A stretch of 63,490 nucleotides of DNA, filler included, from Chiloscyllium plagiosum (Eukaryota), in assembly GCF_004010195.1 (NCBI RefSeq). It is 4 parts of one record of this genome, joined end to end, with 100 filler letters (N's around TTAATTAATTAA, not from the genome) between each part and the next. Parts side by side here need not be neighbours in the genome. Positions count along the whole stretch, not along the records: positions 12,696 to 40,895 come from NC_057713.1; positions 40,996 to 57,767 come from NC_057713.1; 2 more parts are not named here. The stretch is one strand, 5' to 3'. Below are positions 37,528 through 49,633 of the stretch, one piece after another. Numbering within the stretch: position 1 is the stretch's first letter; every line of letters begins with the position of its first letter. Both the position numbers and the translations under genes were made by a program. Below the pieces are notes generated by a model. It ran no database searches. It was not told where the DNA came from and saw only the letters and a list, made by a program, of their open reading frames with translations.

Positions 37528-38690
37528 TGAGTCATAGACTTTTATATAACACATAAACAGACTCTTCGGTCTAAACCGTCCATGCTGACCAGATATCCTA
37601 CATTAATCTAGCACTTGGCTCATATCCCCCAAAACACTTCTTATTCATATACCATCCAGATGCATTTTAAATGTTGCAATTGAACCCACCTCTTCCACTT
37701 CCTCTGGCAGCTTGTTCCATACACGCACCACCCTCTGTGTGAAAAAGTTGCCCCGCAGGTCCCTTTTAAATCCTTCCTTTTTCATTTTAAACCTGTGCAC
37801 TCCAGTTTGGACTCCCCTAACATGGGAAAAAGACTTTGGCAATTCACCCTATCCATGTCCCTCGTGATTTTATAAACCTCTACAAGGTCACTCCTCAGCC
37901 TCCAACGCTCCAAGGAAAAGCCTCAGCCTATTCAGCCTCTCCCTATAGCTCAAACTCTCCAACCCTGGCAACATCCTTGTAAATCTTTTCTGAACCTTTT
38001 CAAGTTTAACAACGTCTTTCCTCCAGCAGGCAAACCAGAATTGAGCACAGTATTCTAATAGTAGTCTAACTAATGTGGGTGGCACGGTGGCACAGTGGTT
38101 AGCACTGCTGCCTCACAGCGCCAGAGACCTGGGTTCAATTCCTGCCTCAGGCGACTGACTGTGTGGAGCTTGCACATTCTCCCCGTGTCTGCGTGGGTTT
38201 CCTCCGGGTGCTCCAGTTTCCTCCCACAGTCCAAAGATGTGCAGGTCAGGTGAATTGGCCATTCTAAATTGCCCGTAGTGTTAGGTAAGGGGTAGATGTA
38301 GGGGTATGGGTGGGTTGCGCTTCGGTGGGGCGGTGTGGACTTGTTGGGCCGAAGGGCCTGTTTCCACACTGTAAGTAATCTAATCTAATCTAATGTCCTG
38401 TATTGTCATAATGTGATGTCCCAACTCGTATAGTCAATGTACTGAACAATAAAGGCAAGTGTACCAAATGCCTTTCTCGCTACCCTGTCTACCTGGCACT
38501 CACACCTCAAGGAACTATGAACCTACACCCCCAAGGTCTCTTTATTGGGCAACACTCCCCAGGGCCTTAGCATGAAGTGTGTAAGCCCTGTCCTGATTTG
38601 CCTTACTAAAATGCAGCACCTCACATTTATCTAACTTAAACCTGATCTGCCACTCCTCGACCCATTGACCCATCTGACTAGATCCTGCTG
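37528..38690 (-). mobile_element. CR1/HER1-type LINE 3' portion, interrupted by a SINE
   Basis: LEYCAQFW..KDVVKLEKVQKRFTRMLPGL, RGNFFTQRVVRVWNKLPEEV and WQIRFKLDKCEVLHF. Confidence 0.92.
38076..38393 (+). mobile_element. Full-length HE1-type SINE nested in the LINE
   Basis: A box TGGCACAGTGG at 38088-38098, B box GGTTCAATTCC at 38132-38142, (TAATC)3 tail, TSD CTAATGT at 38070 and 38390. Confidence 0.95.
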
Positions 38691-39529
38691 TAGTACGAGA
38701 GTTTTGCAGCATATTTGAAATATTATGCAGATTATGCTCTATTCTACAGAGTCTGCTAGAATGTGAATAGACGATTAAACAACAAACCAAACAAATTCTG
38801 CTACGTTTCATTTCTTAACTTCCAGAACTTCAACTTTTGATACTCAAAGCAGGAGCACCAGCTCCTCTTGGTAATTGCTGTACATTTGCAAACACTGAGT
38901 GGATTAACACATGTATCCCCAAAATTCTCAAACATGTCTCAGAAATGTAATAAAAAAATATGCAACAATAACTTGCAGCTGTTTTCTCCTAGTGTTTCAC
39001 TGCTTTAGTGTGATATGTAGTTGATCAAATTTCAGAGCCTAACTATAGCTATATCAGGGCCATATCACAAACCTAAGCACTTTCTCATCTTGCTAAATTC
39101 TGGGAGGTAATGGAAACCTAATGGGGGGTCGGTTAGCTGAATCGGTCAGATGGGTAATGTGTGGTTTAGATTAACACTAAGTGGGCAGTTCAGTTCCTGT
39201 TCTGACTGAAATAGACCTGGGGCCTGTCTCCTTACCCTGGTCAGGAGGGCGGAAAGCAATGGTTCAGGATAAAACATCAGACAATGAAGCAATTACCCGC
39301 ATTTGGGTAGAGCACACGTGAAGGGAAGAATAGGAGTCCTGTTAAAATGCTTTTCAAAGATTTAATAAGACCTGGATTTTCATGTCTGATTTTGAGTGGC
39401 ACGAAACAGGTAAAGGACAAAAGGGCAGGAAGCCACTGGAATTCTGCCATAACAGTATTCATCCCAATTTTCTTCTCAAAAGCCCAATTGTGCACTGAGA
39501 CTGTTCACCTGCATGTAAATGAAGGCTGA

Positions 39530-39620
39530 GCTCTCACTGAAAACAGCAGGTCAGGCAGCATTTGTGGAGAGAGAGCAAGCTAACATTTCGAGTCCAGATG
39601 ACTCTTGATCAGAGCTGAAA
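39530..39620 (-). mobile_element. PLE family C-related terminal fragment with a hammerhead fold
   Basis: Minus strand AGCT-CTGATCA-A-GAGTC-ATCTG-GACTC-GAAA-TGTT-AGCT (39616-39578). Confidence 0.6.
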
Positions 39621-40502
39621 ATTTCACTATCTGCACCAGGATTTCCTAGTATCTGTAGCAAGTTCCCGACCCAGGAGATGTTAGTGATAGGACCAGTGTA
39701 GTTCCCTGAAGACGGAGTCCATTAATTAATATCAGCTTTGGCTCAGTGGTGTTTCTTATATTTGTTCATGAGAAGCGGGCATCAGCAGCCTTTATTGCCT
39801 TTCTTTAATTGCTTCTGGGATGGTGGTGGTGAGCCTCTGCAGTTCCTGGGAGGCAGATGCACCCTCGGTGTTGCTGGGAAGAGAGTTCCAGCACTTCTAC
39901 CCTGTGACAGTGGAGGAGCAGCAATATCATTCAAAGCCAGGATGGTGTGTGGCTTGGAGGGGAATCTCCAGCTAGTGATGTTCTCACTGCATCTGCTGCC
40001 CTTGTCCTTCTGGGTGGTGGAGGTGGTGGGTTCGGAAGGTACTGTTGAAGGCACGTGTCCACCTTGTAGGTGCTACACACTGCAGTAACCGTGTGTTGGG
40101 GATGACAGAGGTGAATGTTGAAGATGGAGGCTAATCAAGTTGAGAGCTTTGTTTTGGATGGAGTTGAGCTCCTTGACTGTAATTGGAGCTGCACCCATCC
40201 AGGCAAGTGAAAAATATTCCAAGGCATTCCTGATTTGCCCCTTGTGGCCAGATGTTGGAGAGACAAAAGATAAGCTACTTGCTGCTGATGTTCCAGCTTT
40301 TGTAGCCGTGGTCAGTGTCCTGCTGTAGAAGGCCATAGTATTTTATGTCGGAGCTGTGTACATTTACTTATCTGGAGCGCAGCTGGCTGTGGAGTTCAGT
40401 CAGTCTGGCTCCATCACAGGCTGCAAGACTCTTCTTGCCTGCAGGGATAAGTGGAAATTGACTGTTCTTCTGCTGCCAAGTTGCTAAGCCATAAGGAAAA
40501 CA

Positions 40503-40895
40503 ACAGGCAGCATCCAGGGAGCAGGAGAATCGACGTTTCGGGCATGAGCCCTTCTTCAGGAATGAGGAAAGTATGTCCAGCAGGCTAAGATAAAAGGTAG
40601 GGAGGAGGGACTTGGGAGAGGGGGGTTGGAAATGCAATAGGTGGAAGGAGGTCAAGGTGAGGGTGATAGGCACAGGCAGCATCCAGGGAGCAGGAGAATC
40701 GACGTTTCGGGCATGAGCCCTTCTTCAGGAATGAGGAAAGTATGTCCAGCAGGCTAAGATAAAAGGTAGGGAGGAGGGACTTGGGAGAGGGGGGTTGGAA
40801 ATGCAATAGGTGGAAGGAGGTCAAGGTGAGGGTGATAGGCCGGAGTAGGGGTGGGGGCAGAGAGGTCAGGAAGAAGATTGTAGGTTAGGAAGGCG
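40503..40895 (-). mobile_element. PLE family A pseudo-LTR, inverted, with an exact 169-bp tandem duplication and two hammerhead cores
   Basis: 40503-40671 equals 40672-40840; cores at 40559-40532 and 40728-40701. Confidence 0.88.
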
Positions 40896-40995
40896 NNNNN
40901 NNNNNNNNNNNNNNNNNNNNNNNNNNNNNNNNNNNNNNNTTAATTAATTAANNNNNNNNNNNNNNNNNNNNNNNNNNNNNNNNNNNNNNNNNNNN

Positions 40996-41780
40996 TACCT
41001 GGTCAGGTCCACGCCCCCTTACGACCCACCCTCCCATCCTGGCACTTTCCCCTGCCATCGCAGGAACTGTAAAACCTGCGCCCACACCACCTCCCTCACT
41101 TCTATCCAAGGCCCCAAAGGAGCTTTCCACATCCATCAAAGTTTTACCTGCACATCCACTAATATCATCTATTGTATCCGTTGCTCCCGATGCGGTCTCC
41201 TCTACATTGGGGAGACTGGACGCCTCCTAGCAGAGCGCTTTAGGGAACATCTCCGAGACACCCGCACCAATCAACCAAATCGCCCCGTGGCTCAACATTT
41301 CAACTCCCCCTCCCACTCTGCTGAGGACATGGAGGTCCTGGGCCTCCTTCACCGCCGCTCCCTCACCACCAGATGCCTGGAGGAAGAACGCCTCATCTTC
41401 CGCCTCGGAACACTTCAACCCCAGGGCATCAATGTGGATTTTAACAGTTTCCTCATTTCCCCTTCCCCCACCTCATCCTAGTTTCTAACCTTGGGCAACA
41501 CGATCCCCTGACTTGTCCGGGCTTGTCGGACCTGCCCAGCTCCTTTTCCACCTATCCACTCCACCCTCTCCTCCCTGACCTATCACCTTCATCCCCTCCC
41601 CCACTCACCTGTTGTACTATATGCTACTTTCTCCCCACCCCCACCATCCTCTACCTTATCTCTCCACCCTACAAGCTCTCTGCCTTTATTCCTGATGAAG
41701 GGCTTTTGCCCGAAACGTCGATTTTGCCTGTCCTCGGATGCTGCCTGAATTGCTGTGCTCTTCCAGCACCACTGATCCAG
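40996..41780 (+). mobile_element. Neptune-type Penelope-like element, 3' part: uninterrupted GIY-YIG frame (40996-41481) plus pseudo-LTR with hammerhead (41692-41719)
   Basis: PCHRRNCKTCAH linker Cys motif, then FTCTSTNIIYCIRCSRCGLLYIGETGRLLAERFREH..PVAQHFNSPSH..IFRLGTLQPQGIN. Confidence 0.93.
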
Positions 41781-41996
41781 AATATTCTATATTAGTGCCA
41801 ACTCATGCCCCGCACCCACCTTATGGCTCCCATGCCAACTCACAGTTCTTCCATACAAATTCATTATATACATATATCCAATTGGCTATATAGTAAAATA
41901 GAATGAGTGGAACTGCTCAGAAAGAAAACCTATTCATTAGCGTTCTTTTGACTAAATGCTATTTCTACAACCTTAAAACATTGACAATCAGAGACT

Positions 41997-43514
41997 GTGA
42001 ACATTACAGAACAATGCCAAGAGGAAAATAAATCCCCATGAGTACATCAATGACTCAGTCATTTTCAGGATTTGAAGGTTAATCTTAAAAGGTAAAATTT
42101 AAAATATTACACACGTGAAAGCACAGGCACAAGAGAAAAAAACATTACCGATGTAGGAATTGTGGTGATTGTTCTTTATGGTGGAAATTATTATTTTGAA
42201 ATGGACACATGTCATCTAAGCACCAAATAAATGTTCTTATTATTCAGATTCTTAACGCTACATTCATGGGTTTAATACTGGTGCAACCTTCAGCAGGTTC
42301 TAATAGTTTATCATTTCTTCTAAAAAAGGCCACCACAATAACCCCTAAACAGGCTAATGAAGACAGTGAGATTTAATAATGTCAAGCTAATAGTAAATCT
42401 GAAAATTATCAACAACAGTAGCTAGAAACACTTCACACTTCTTAATTGTAAACAAGTAAAAATTGACAAAGAGATAATCTGAAATGTCATGTCACACAAC
42501 TACAGGCCACGTGCTGTAAAATGGGATGAGTAATAGGTGCCTCATGACTGGTGTGGACATGATGGGCTGAAGACCCTCTTTGTAAAACTATGACTCTGAG
42601 ATCACAAAAATAACAACTTAATGTACCCACTTAAAGATGTCAATCAAGCAAAGTCAACAATTCTGTAGGTTGACAAAACATTTTCCAACTGAAATAGAAC
42701 CTTTGAGTCTGGGTTGTCAGCCATGCATGTATAAAGAGGACGGGTGTAAGAATGCTTTCAGTAGAATTGGATGGCCTTGGATCAAAGATCATGACTTACT
42801 GAGACCTTTCTACCAAGGTTGATCTAGTGAGTTCAGAAATTTGAAGATGTAAGCTTCCCCCTTCAGTATCAAAAATTCAGCCTTAGTTATTAAAAAAAAC
42901 CTGTAATTGCATAGTGCTTTCTTTGAAAGATGTTATCTTTATGTCATGATATCCAAAATATTGTAATTGTCACTTATGCTTATATTAATGCTTAATAATT
43001 CCATCTCCTTGATTTGCTTCTGTTTTAAACTTATAAAATCCTCATGTGTAATCTCGTAAAATCTTCAGTGCACTTAACATTCCTGTGTTTCAGCCCCAAC
43101 ATTTTCAGATTTATTATTGGCTTGACATTACTGAACCTCACTGCCTTCATTGATCTGTTTGTCAGTTATTATGGTGGCTTCATTTTACAAGAAACTTTAA
43201 ACGATTGTAATCTGCTGTGAGACAAGCTGGTACAAGCTCTCAAGCTGTGGCCTTAAGAATCTGAGTAACAAGAACTTTCATTTGGTCCTTGGAAAATATG
43301 TGTCCTGATGATACTTTCAAATTTATTATTTCTCTGTAAAGAACCATAACCACAATTCCTTTCTCTGTAATGTTTTCCATTGTGTCCGAATTTTCATATG
43401 TGTAATAGTTTAAATTTAACCTTTTAAGATTAACCTTCAAATACTGAAAATGACTGAGTGATTGACGTACTCAAGGGGGTTTATTTTTGCCTTGTCAATG
43501 TCTGTAATATTCAC
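41997..43514. repeat. Old inverted repeat with ~410-bp arms (41997-42408 and 43100-43514) and a ~690-bp spacer
   Basis: For example actcagtcattttcaggatttgaaggttaatcttaaaagg is the near reverse complement of ccttttaagattaaccttcaaatactgaaaatgactgagt; similarity continues along both arms. Confidence 0.85.
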
Positions 43515-43747
43515 ATATGTTCTGCCAGAGTTGTGATTCTTGATGCCTTCCAAGTTTATGTCAGGGATAGAATACATTTCAAAAATATACTATCATGTTA
43601 ACCAATTCAAAGACATTATATAAAATATCATGTGAAACATTAAAGCAATTGACATGTAAAATAATCACAATATCATGATTGTAGTTGTGCAAGTATTAGG
43701 GTGCAATCTTCATTCAAAGCAGCAGGACCATCTTTACATTCACACAG

Positions 43748-44015
43748 ATAGAGTCATAGAGTGGTACAGGACGGAAACGGACCCTCTGGTCCAGCTCGTC
43801 CATGCCGACCAGATATCCTAAATTAATCTAGTCCCATTTCCCAGCATTTAGCCCATATCCCTCTAAACCCTTCCTATTCATGTACCAATCCAAATGCCTT
43901 TTAAATGTTGTAATTGTACCAGCCTCCACCACCTCCTCTGGTAACACATTTCATACACACACCAACTTCTGCATGAAAAAGATGACCCTTAGGTCCCTTT
44001 TATATCTTTTCCCTC
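43748..44015 (-). mobile_element. CR1/HER1-type LINE 3' end
   Basis: tagagtcatagag tail and the conserved 3' UTR. Confidence 0.9.
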
Positions 44016-45479
44016 TAGCTATACTGTCTATCCACATAAAAAGCAACAGTTCCTTAACCGGACATTCCTATACAGAGTGCAGAAACAATGTGGACCAACA
44101 TACTTCGAAACTCCATTTACTATGTTGGTCATGTTTGCATAATAGCTCTTTGACCTGGCATTCATCTATTTTCAATTTCATTACCGTGAAGTTCCTTGAA
44201 ATGTTCAACGGTAAAAGTGATATATAAAGTTCTTGCTGTTGGAGCAAGGGCATCATTTTCTATTTTCTTCTTAGTTGAGCCACTCTGGATACCTAGCAGA
44301 TAATCTGTTGAGAAAGAAAGACAGGTTGATTGAAATTAAACTAATGAAAATGTGCAACCTGCAGTGATACATCATCAATCTGTTGAAATAATTACAACCT
44401 TAACATATAAAAATGCATTATCAAGGAAACCTCAAATCTCTTCACATGCATTTTATGATTTTCTGAGTGAAAAGCTTATGATACCGTGGAGTTACCATGG
44501 TATCATAGGTACAACCACATATGTGCAGATGGATATTGGCAGCATATTTACATACATTCAATTGCAATGCCTCACTCTCCACAATTAGGAGCAAAAGTGG
44601 AAAACTCCCAACCAGTTTGAGGCTAATATCCCTGTAATCCATTATTGACCCCAAACTTAGCAATAACTGTATTTACTGTAAGCAATAAAGAGCCAATACC
44701 AAGTATTTTCTAAAGTTAATGAAAAATTATCTGCTATATCCAAAGAAAATACTAAAGGTGCAATGTCGAGCATATAGTCTTTGATCAGTCACTTTGGCCC
44801 TTTTATACACAGACATAAAGGGAACATTATCCCATACAAAGGGAGATAAAATAATATCCTGTTTAGAGTTCTTTGGTTGACCTTGAGGCTTAAGTCTTTA
44901 ACCTGATACCAAAGTTGGTTATCTAGCTTCTTGGTTGTAGTCAGCAGTCAAGAATATTTCAGTTATTTTTATAATTCTCAGCTCCATAATACTACTTCTC
45001 CCTTCTCCATGGGAACCAGGTCAGTTTCTTTGTGAGAGAAAGAGTAGTGGAGACACCAGCTCTTTTTCAGTAATTTCTAAATGCTCTTGGAACCTTCTTT
45101 GAAATTTTCCTTCACTTTTTATTTCCAAGAGCTTCTTTCAGGCGAATCTATTTCTGGCAGCCTTGTAATCAATGTTCAGTACTTTGCATTTCTTAATGTC
45201 TTCCTGAGACTTCAATAGGTTTTTGTAGGTTTTGATTGCAGCCAATCTGTGTTTTAATTCCCATCCCAAGGCTGATTTATTGGTCCTTTCATCTCCATGT
45301 TCACAAGATTTTGCATTTTTAAGCAATTTGCCTTATGTAAAAGTCAAATTTCCAATGATTCCAACCAGTTGAAAGTTTTAAAAATCATATCTCCAAAAGT
45401 AGTGGGGCATAGCCCCGTAACAGGTTTCAGAACTGGAATACCCACAGTCAACATGATCCTAGTCTGGTAGCTGCAGGGG

Positions 45480-46720
45480 AAGTTCTGTGAATGAAGAAAA
45501 CCGCTGTGTATTGCCTTCATTGATCTCATCAAATATCTCAACCATGCAAGGACAGGCGATTCAGCTGAGCCAATGAAGGAAACCTTTTAACCATTGAAGC
45601 TGCTTAATTTGACCCCTCCTTCCATTCCAGTATGAATTGTAAGGTCAACAATGACATAGCAACATTAGAACCCTGTCAGATCCACTGTGGAGTCAAACAG
45701 TTTTATATTCTGGCATATTCTCTTTGCTGCTGTCATATGTCATCAGTTCGCCACCACATACACTTACATACCAGAAATGATGGAAAGCTGTTCAGTCTTG
45801 CCCACACTTCAGACCCAAGAGTATGCCAACTCCTTATGAGAGAATTGCGCTATGACAATAATGCCACACTAGTATTCTATATCGAAGATCATTCTTTGAT
45901 GACAAATACATTCTCCCCTGTTTGTGAAGCACTTAGTTTGACCATCAGTAATGGGGAGGAAAAATGTCATGGTAATGCTGTTCCACCATCAGTCAACTTT
46001 GACAATGTGACCCTGGAGACAGTTGATAGCATCATATAACTAAGCTCCCCAGTCACCAGCAATCTGTCACTTGATACTGAAATCAGCACTACAACTATTA
46101 TGACCAAACTGAGTTAGAGAATATGGAACAACAGCAATATGATTGAGAACACCAAACTGGAAGCCTAATAGGCTTGTGTCCTCTGTGTACTCCTCTTCAG
46201 GAGTAAGGACTGAACAACATGTGCAGGAGTTCCCACTTTCACTGTCTAAGATGTATCATTGGCACCTTGTCAGGGCAAGGTTACCAATTCAGAGATCCTG
46301 AAGAGTGCTAATGCCATCAGCATACACTTGTGCTTAAGCCAATAATGTCTTTGTTACCTAAGCTATATTTATTAAATTGATGATGACCAGTAAACAAAAA
46401 GATCTTCTGAACTAGCCACAAAGTCACAACCTGGAGGATGCCCATACTTCCACTACACAAGCACCTGCGAGTGGAATATGAAGTTAGCAGACATGAGCAC
46501 ACAGTTGCCAACAACTGTGATCTGGAGGCTGGCTGCGTGGAGCGATATTGGAAGAAGTGAAGCAAGATGGAAAGGTCAGATGGCCAGCAAGAGAGACCAG
46601 TGCAAAGATGCCATTGAATCCTGGACTGTCATGGCTCACCGCCTTCATCTGCAATCACACTTGGCAATGCTCTTTACAGAGTTGACCACCACAACACAAA
46701 CCATCATCTCAGAACCGGTC
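45480..46720 (+). mobile_element. Decayed RTE-clade LINE, RT and 3' region
   Basis: HIHLHTRNDGKLFSLAH..LLMRELRYDNNATL matches the RTE pattern GxxxxxRxDGxLFNL..ELLFADD. Confidence 0.78.
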
Positions 46721-46948
46721 CAGGCTCTTTGCCCTGTCTCCCAACAACTTCCTCACTTCATTGTTTTCTGTCTTCTGAATTATTCCTGACTTTGATGCTG
46801 CCATTTGCATCTGACTCTTTCAGCCAAGTTTGTGGTTAAAATTAGAGTTTATGATTTTTCAATCTTTTAGTAAAGATTTTTTGTGAGAACTTCTCTCAGT
46901 CTGAATTTATCTCCTGTGGGCCATCAATTGTTCTCTGATATGACCTGG

Positions 46949-47330
46949 CATAGAGTCATACAGCACAGAAACAGGCCCTCCGCCACAACCCAAAGTGCCG
47001 AACAGGTTTCCTAAACTGAACTAATCCCATTTACCTGCATTTGGCCCATATCCCTTGAAACATTTCCTATCCATCTGTCCAAATGTCTTTTAAATGTTGT
47101 AAATGTTGTACCTGCCTCCACCACTTCCTCTGGCGGCTGGTTCTATATATGTACCACCATCTGTGAAAAGGTACCTTTTAAATCTTTCCCCCTCACCTTA
47201 AATCTATGTTGTCTTGTTTTGGACTGCCCTTTCCTGGAGAAAAGATCTTGGCAATTCACCTTATCTATGCCTCTCCTGATTTTATAAACCACTATAAGGT
47301 CATCCCTCAGCCTCCTATGCTCCAGTGAAA
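46949..47330 (-). mobile_element. CR1/HER1-type LINE 3' end
   Basis: Same family as 22674-23047. Confidence 0.85.
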
Positions 47331-47500
47331 AAAAAGATGGGGCTCAGCTATGATAGCTGACAAAGATACTAATCATTTTTCCTTGCTTTCTCACCAAGAA
47401 GAGAGATAATTGGTACAGAATGTATGCAACATGTTTGCAGTGATTAGTATTATCATGGGATAGGTAGATATTAAAGTCCCCATGCTAAAGTGCTCCAGTG

Positions 47501-47786
47501 TGGGTGGCACTGTGGCACAGTCGTTAGCATTACGGCCTCACAGTGCCAGAGACCCGGGTTCAATTCCCGCCTCAGGCAACTGTCTGCGTGGGTTTCCTCT
47601 GTGTGCTCTGGTTTCCTCCCACAGTCCAAAAATGTGCAGGTCAGGTGAATTGGCCATGCTAAATTGCCCTTAGAGTTAAGTGAGCGGGTAAATGTAGAGG
47701 AATGGGACTGGGTGGGTTGCTCTTCGGAGGGTTGGTGTGGACTTGTTGGGCCAAAGGGCCTGTTTTCACACTGTAAGTAATCTAAT
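47501..47786 (+). mobile_element. HE1-type SINE with small internal deletions
   Basis: Head, B box gggttcaattcc, core and taatctaa tail. Confidence 0.92.
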
Positions 47787-49633
47787 AACTCCAATTTCAG
47801 AAGAACATTCCAATTTCTGTGGGTCCTTGTGACTTCAGTGTTAGAATATGAATGGTATGGAGTCAAGTGTAATATAATTCACTGGTGAATCCAACACAGA
47901 ATCCTATCATGCATTATAGCACTCAAGTTCTGAGTGTGATTTGAATTCATAGCCTTCTGACTGAGAGGTGAGAGTGATATCAAATTGAGCACATGCATCA
48001 CCACAAGTAGCCACCCAAATTTTGAGTACTGCATTGGAAGCTCAAACTGCTATCACACAAGGTCATGCCAGTCAAACTGTTAGCTTCTTGGCTATGGATT
48101 ACAGTGTGCAAAGAGATTTGCAGGGTGTCACCACAGTCTTGCAATTTTTTTATAACTGGATTACTAGGATTACTGTGGTGCCATCCTCAGGGAATGGCTT
48201 GATTCCATGGAACATGAACCAACTATTCTGTCATAGGATGACAGCATTCATGCTCCCATGCCTGCCACTCTGCTAATGCCTGTCTGCCAGCTAACCCAAC
48301 ACTGCCACATGTACCAAGATGGTGCAGTTCTCAGCCTAGAGCTGCTCATGTTTATCCTCCTAAAAGCATCCGTGGTTTTCTGCAGCCAAGCTGCAGCAAC
48401 TGAGGCACTTCTGTATAGGAGCACTAAGGTAGACAAAATCTTTTGCAAATCAGCACTGAGGTGATTAGTTTCTATTGGTGAGCAATATGACATGATTTCA
48501 ATTATAAGTTTTGATTGGAATGTTAACTTTGTAGTCATTTTTATTTTATTTTTGCACTCAATGGACAGTGTCAGAAGTAGGGATTGGTGTGGAACTCTTG
48601 GAGTTGGAATGATTGTTACTTGTATTACATTCCATTTAGTTCTTTATGAACAATCAGTCCAGAAAGACAGTGTAGTTTTTTTTAATCTTTTCTTCCTTTT
48701 TCTCATTTTCATCCTCTTTCTCTTTACGCTTATCCTCCTCGACTACTGGCCAAAAGTCTGTCCTCTCACACTATCGACATTATGCTGTATATAGAATGCT
48801 ACCACAAATCTCGACACATGCCCTGCGAGCATCTCGAGAATGCCTGAGGCAGGAGGATTGTTGTTTCAGCACAATGATCTGCTCTTATTTCTTGTGACAG
48901 CATGATTTTCATTGTACACATGCGGACACATGCATTAGAATTATCAGCTATGTCCTCAGCAAGTCCAGTTTGTTGTTAAATGGATTGATTTTCCATTATG
49001 GCTCAATTTCAGCTAGCACAGCAAAGTACTGCAGAGTGCAGGCATCATGACTGCTGGCGTGATTCTGGCTATAGAACTGTCTCTGATTGCACACCAGCAT
49101 GATTTTCTGTTGCTGTTATTTAGTCAGTTATACAATTCAGATGTCACAGGCTGGGGCAGAATTTATTATTCATTCTTTGTTACTTTTGAAAAAGTGATCT
49201 GTGCTGTCTCCTTGATCTGTGGTGGCCCGATTGGTGGCGATAGATCCACAATGCTGCTAAGGAGACAATACCCATGATGCAGAAGAAACAAGAATATATT
49301 TCTAAGTCACCACAGTGAATGGCTTTGAGGGACAGCCATTATCCTTCTAGATACACACTGATTTTACTGTGCATTGGTGGTGGAGGGACTGAATGTTTTT
49401 GGATATTATGACAATCAAGAGGGCTGCTTTGTCTTCGATCGTGTGAAGCTTCTTATGTTGGAGCTGCACTCATCCAGGCAAGTGGGGAGTATTCCATCAC
49501 GCTCCTGACTTATACCTTGTAGATGGTGGACAGGCTTTGCAGAGTTGGGAAGTGAACTACTTGCTACAGGATTTCTAGCCTCTCACTTGTTCATGTAGCC
49601 ATAATATTTTATGGCTGGTCCAGTACAGTTTCT

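Noticed and set aside
38076..38150. tRNA gene (A and B boxes)
   Set aside because: It is the tRNA-derived head of a SINE, continuous with the SINE core and tail.
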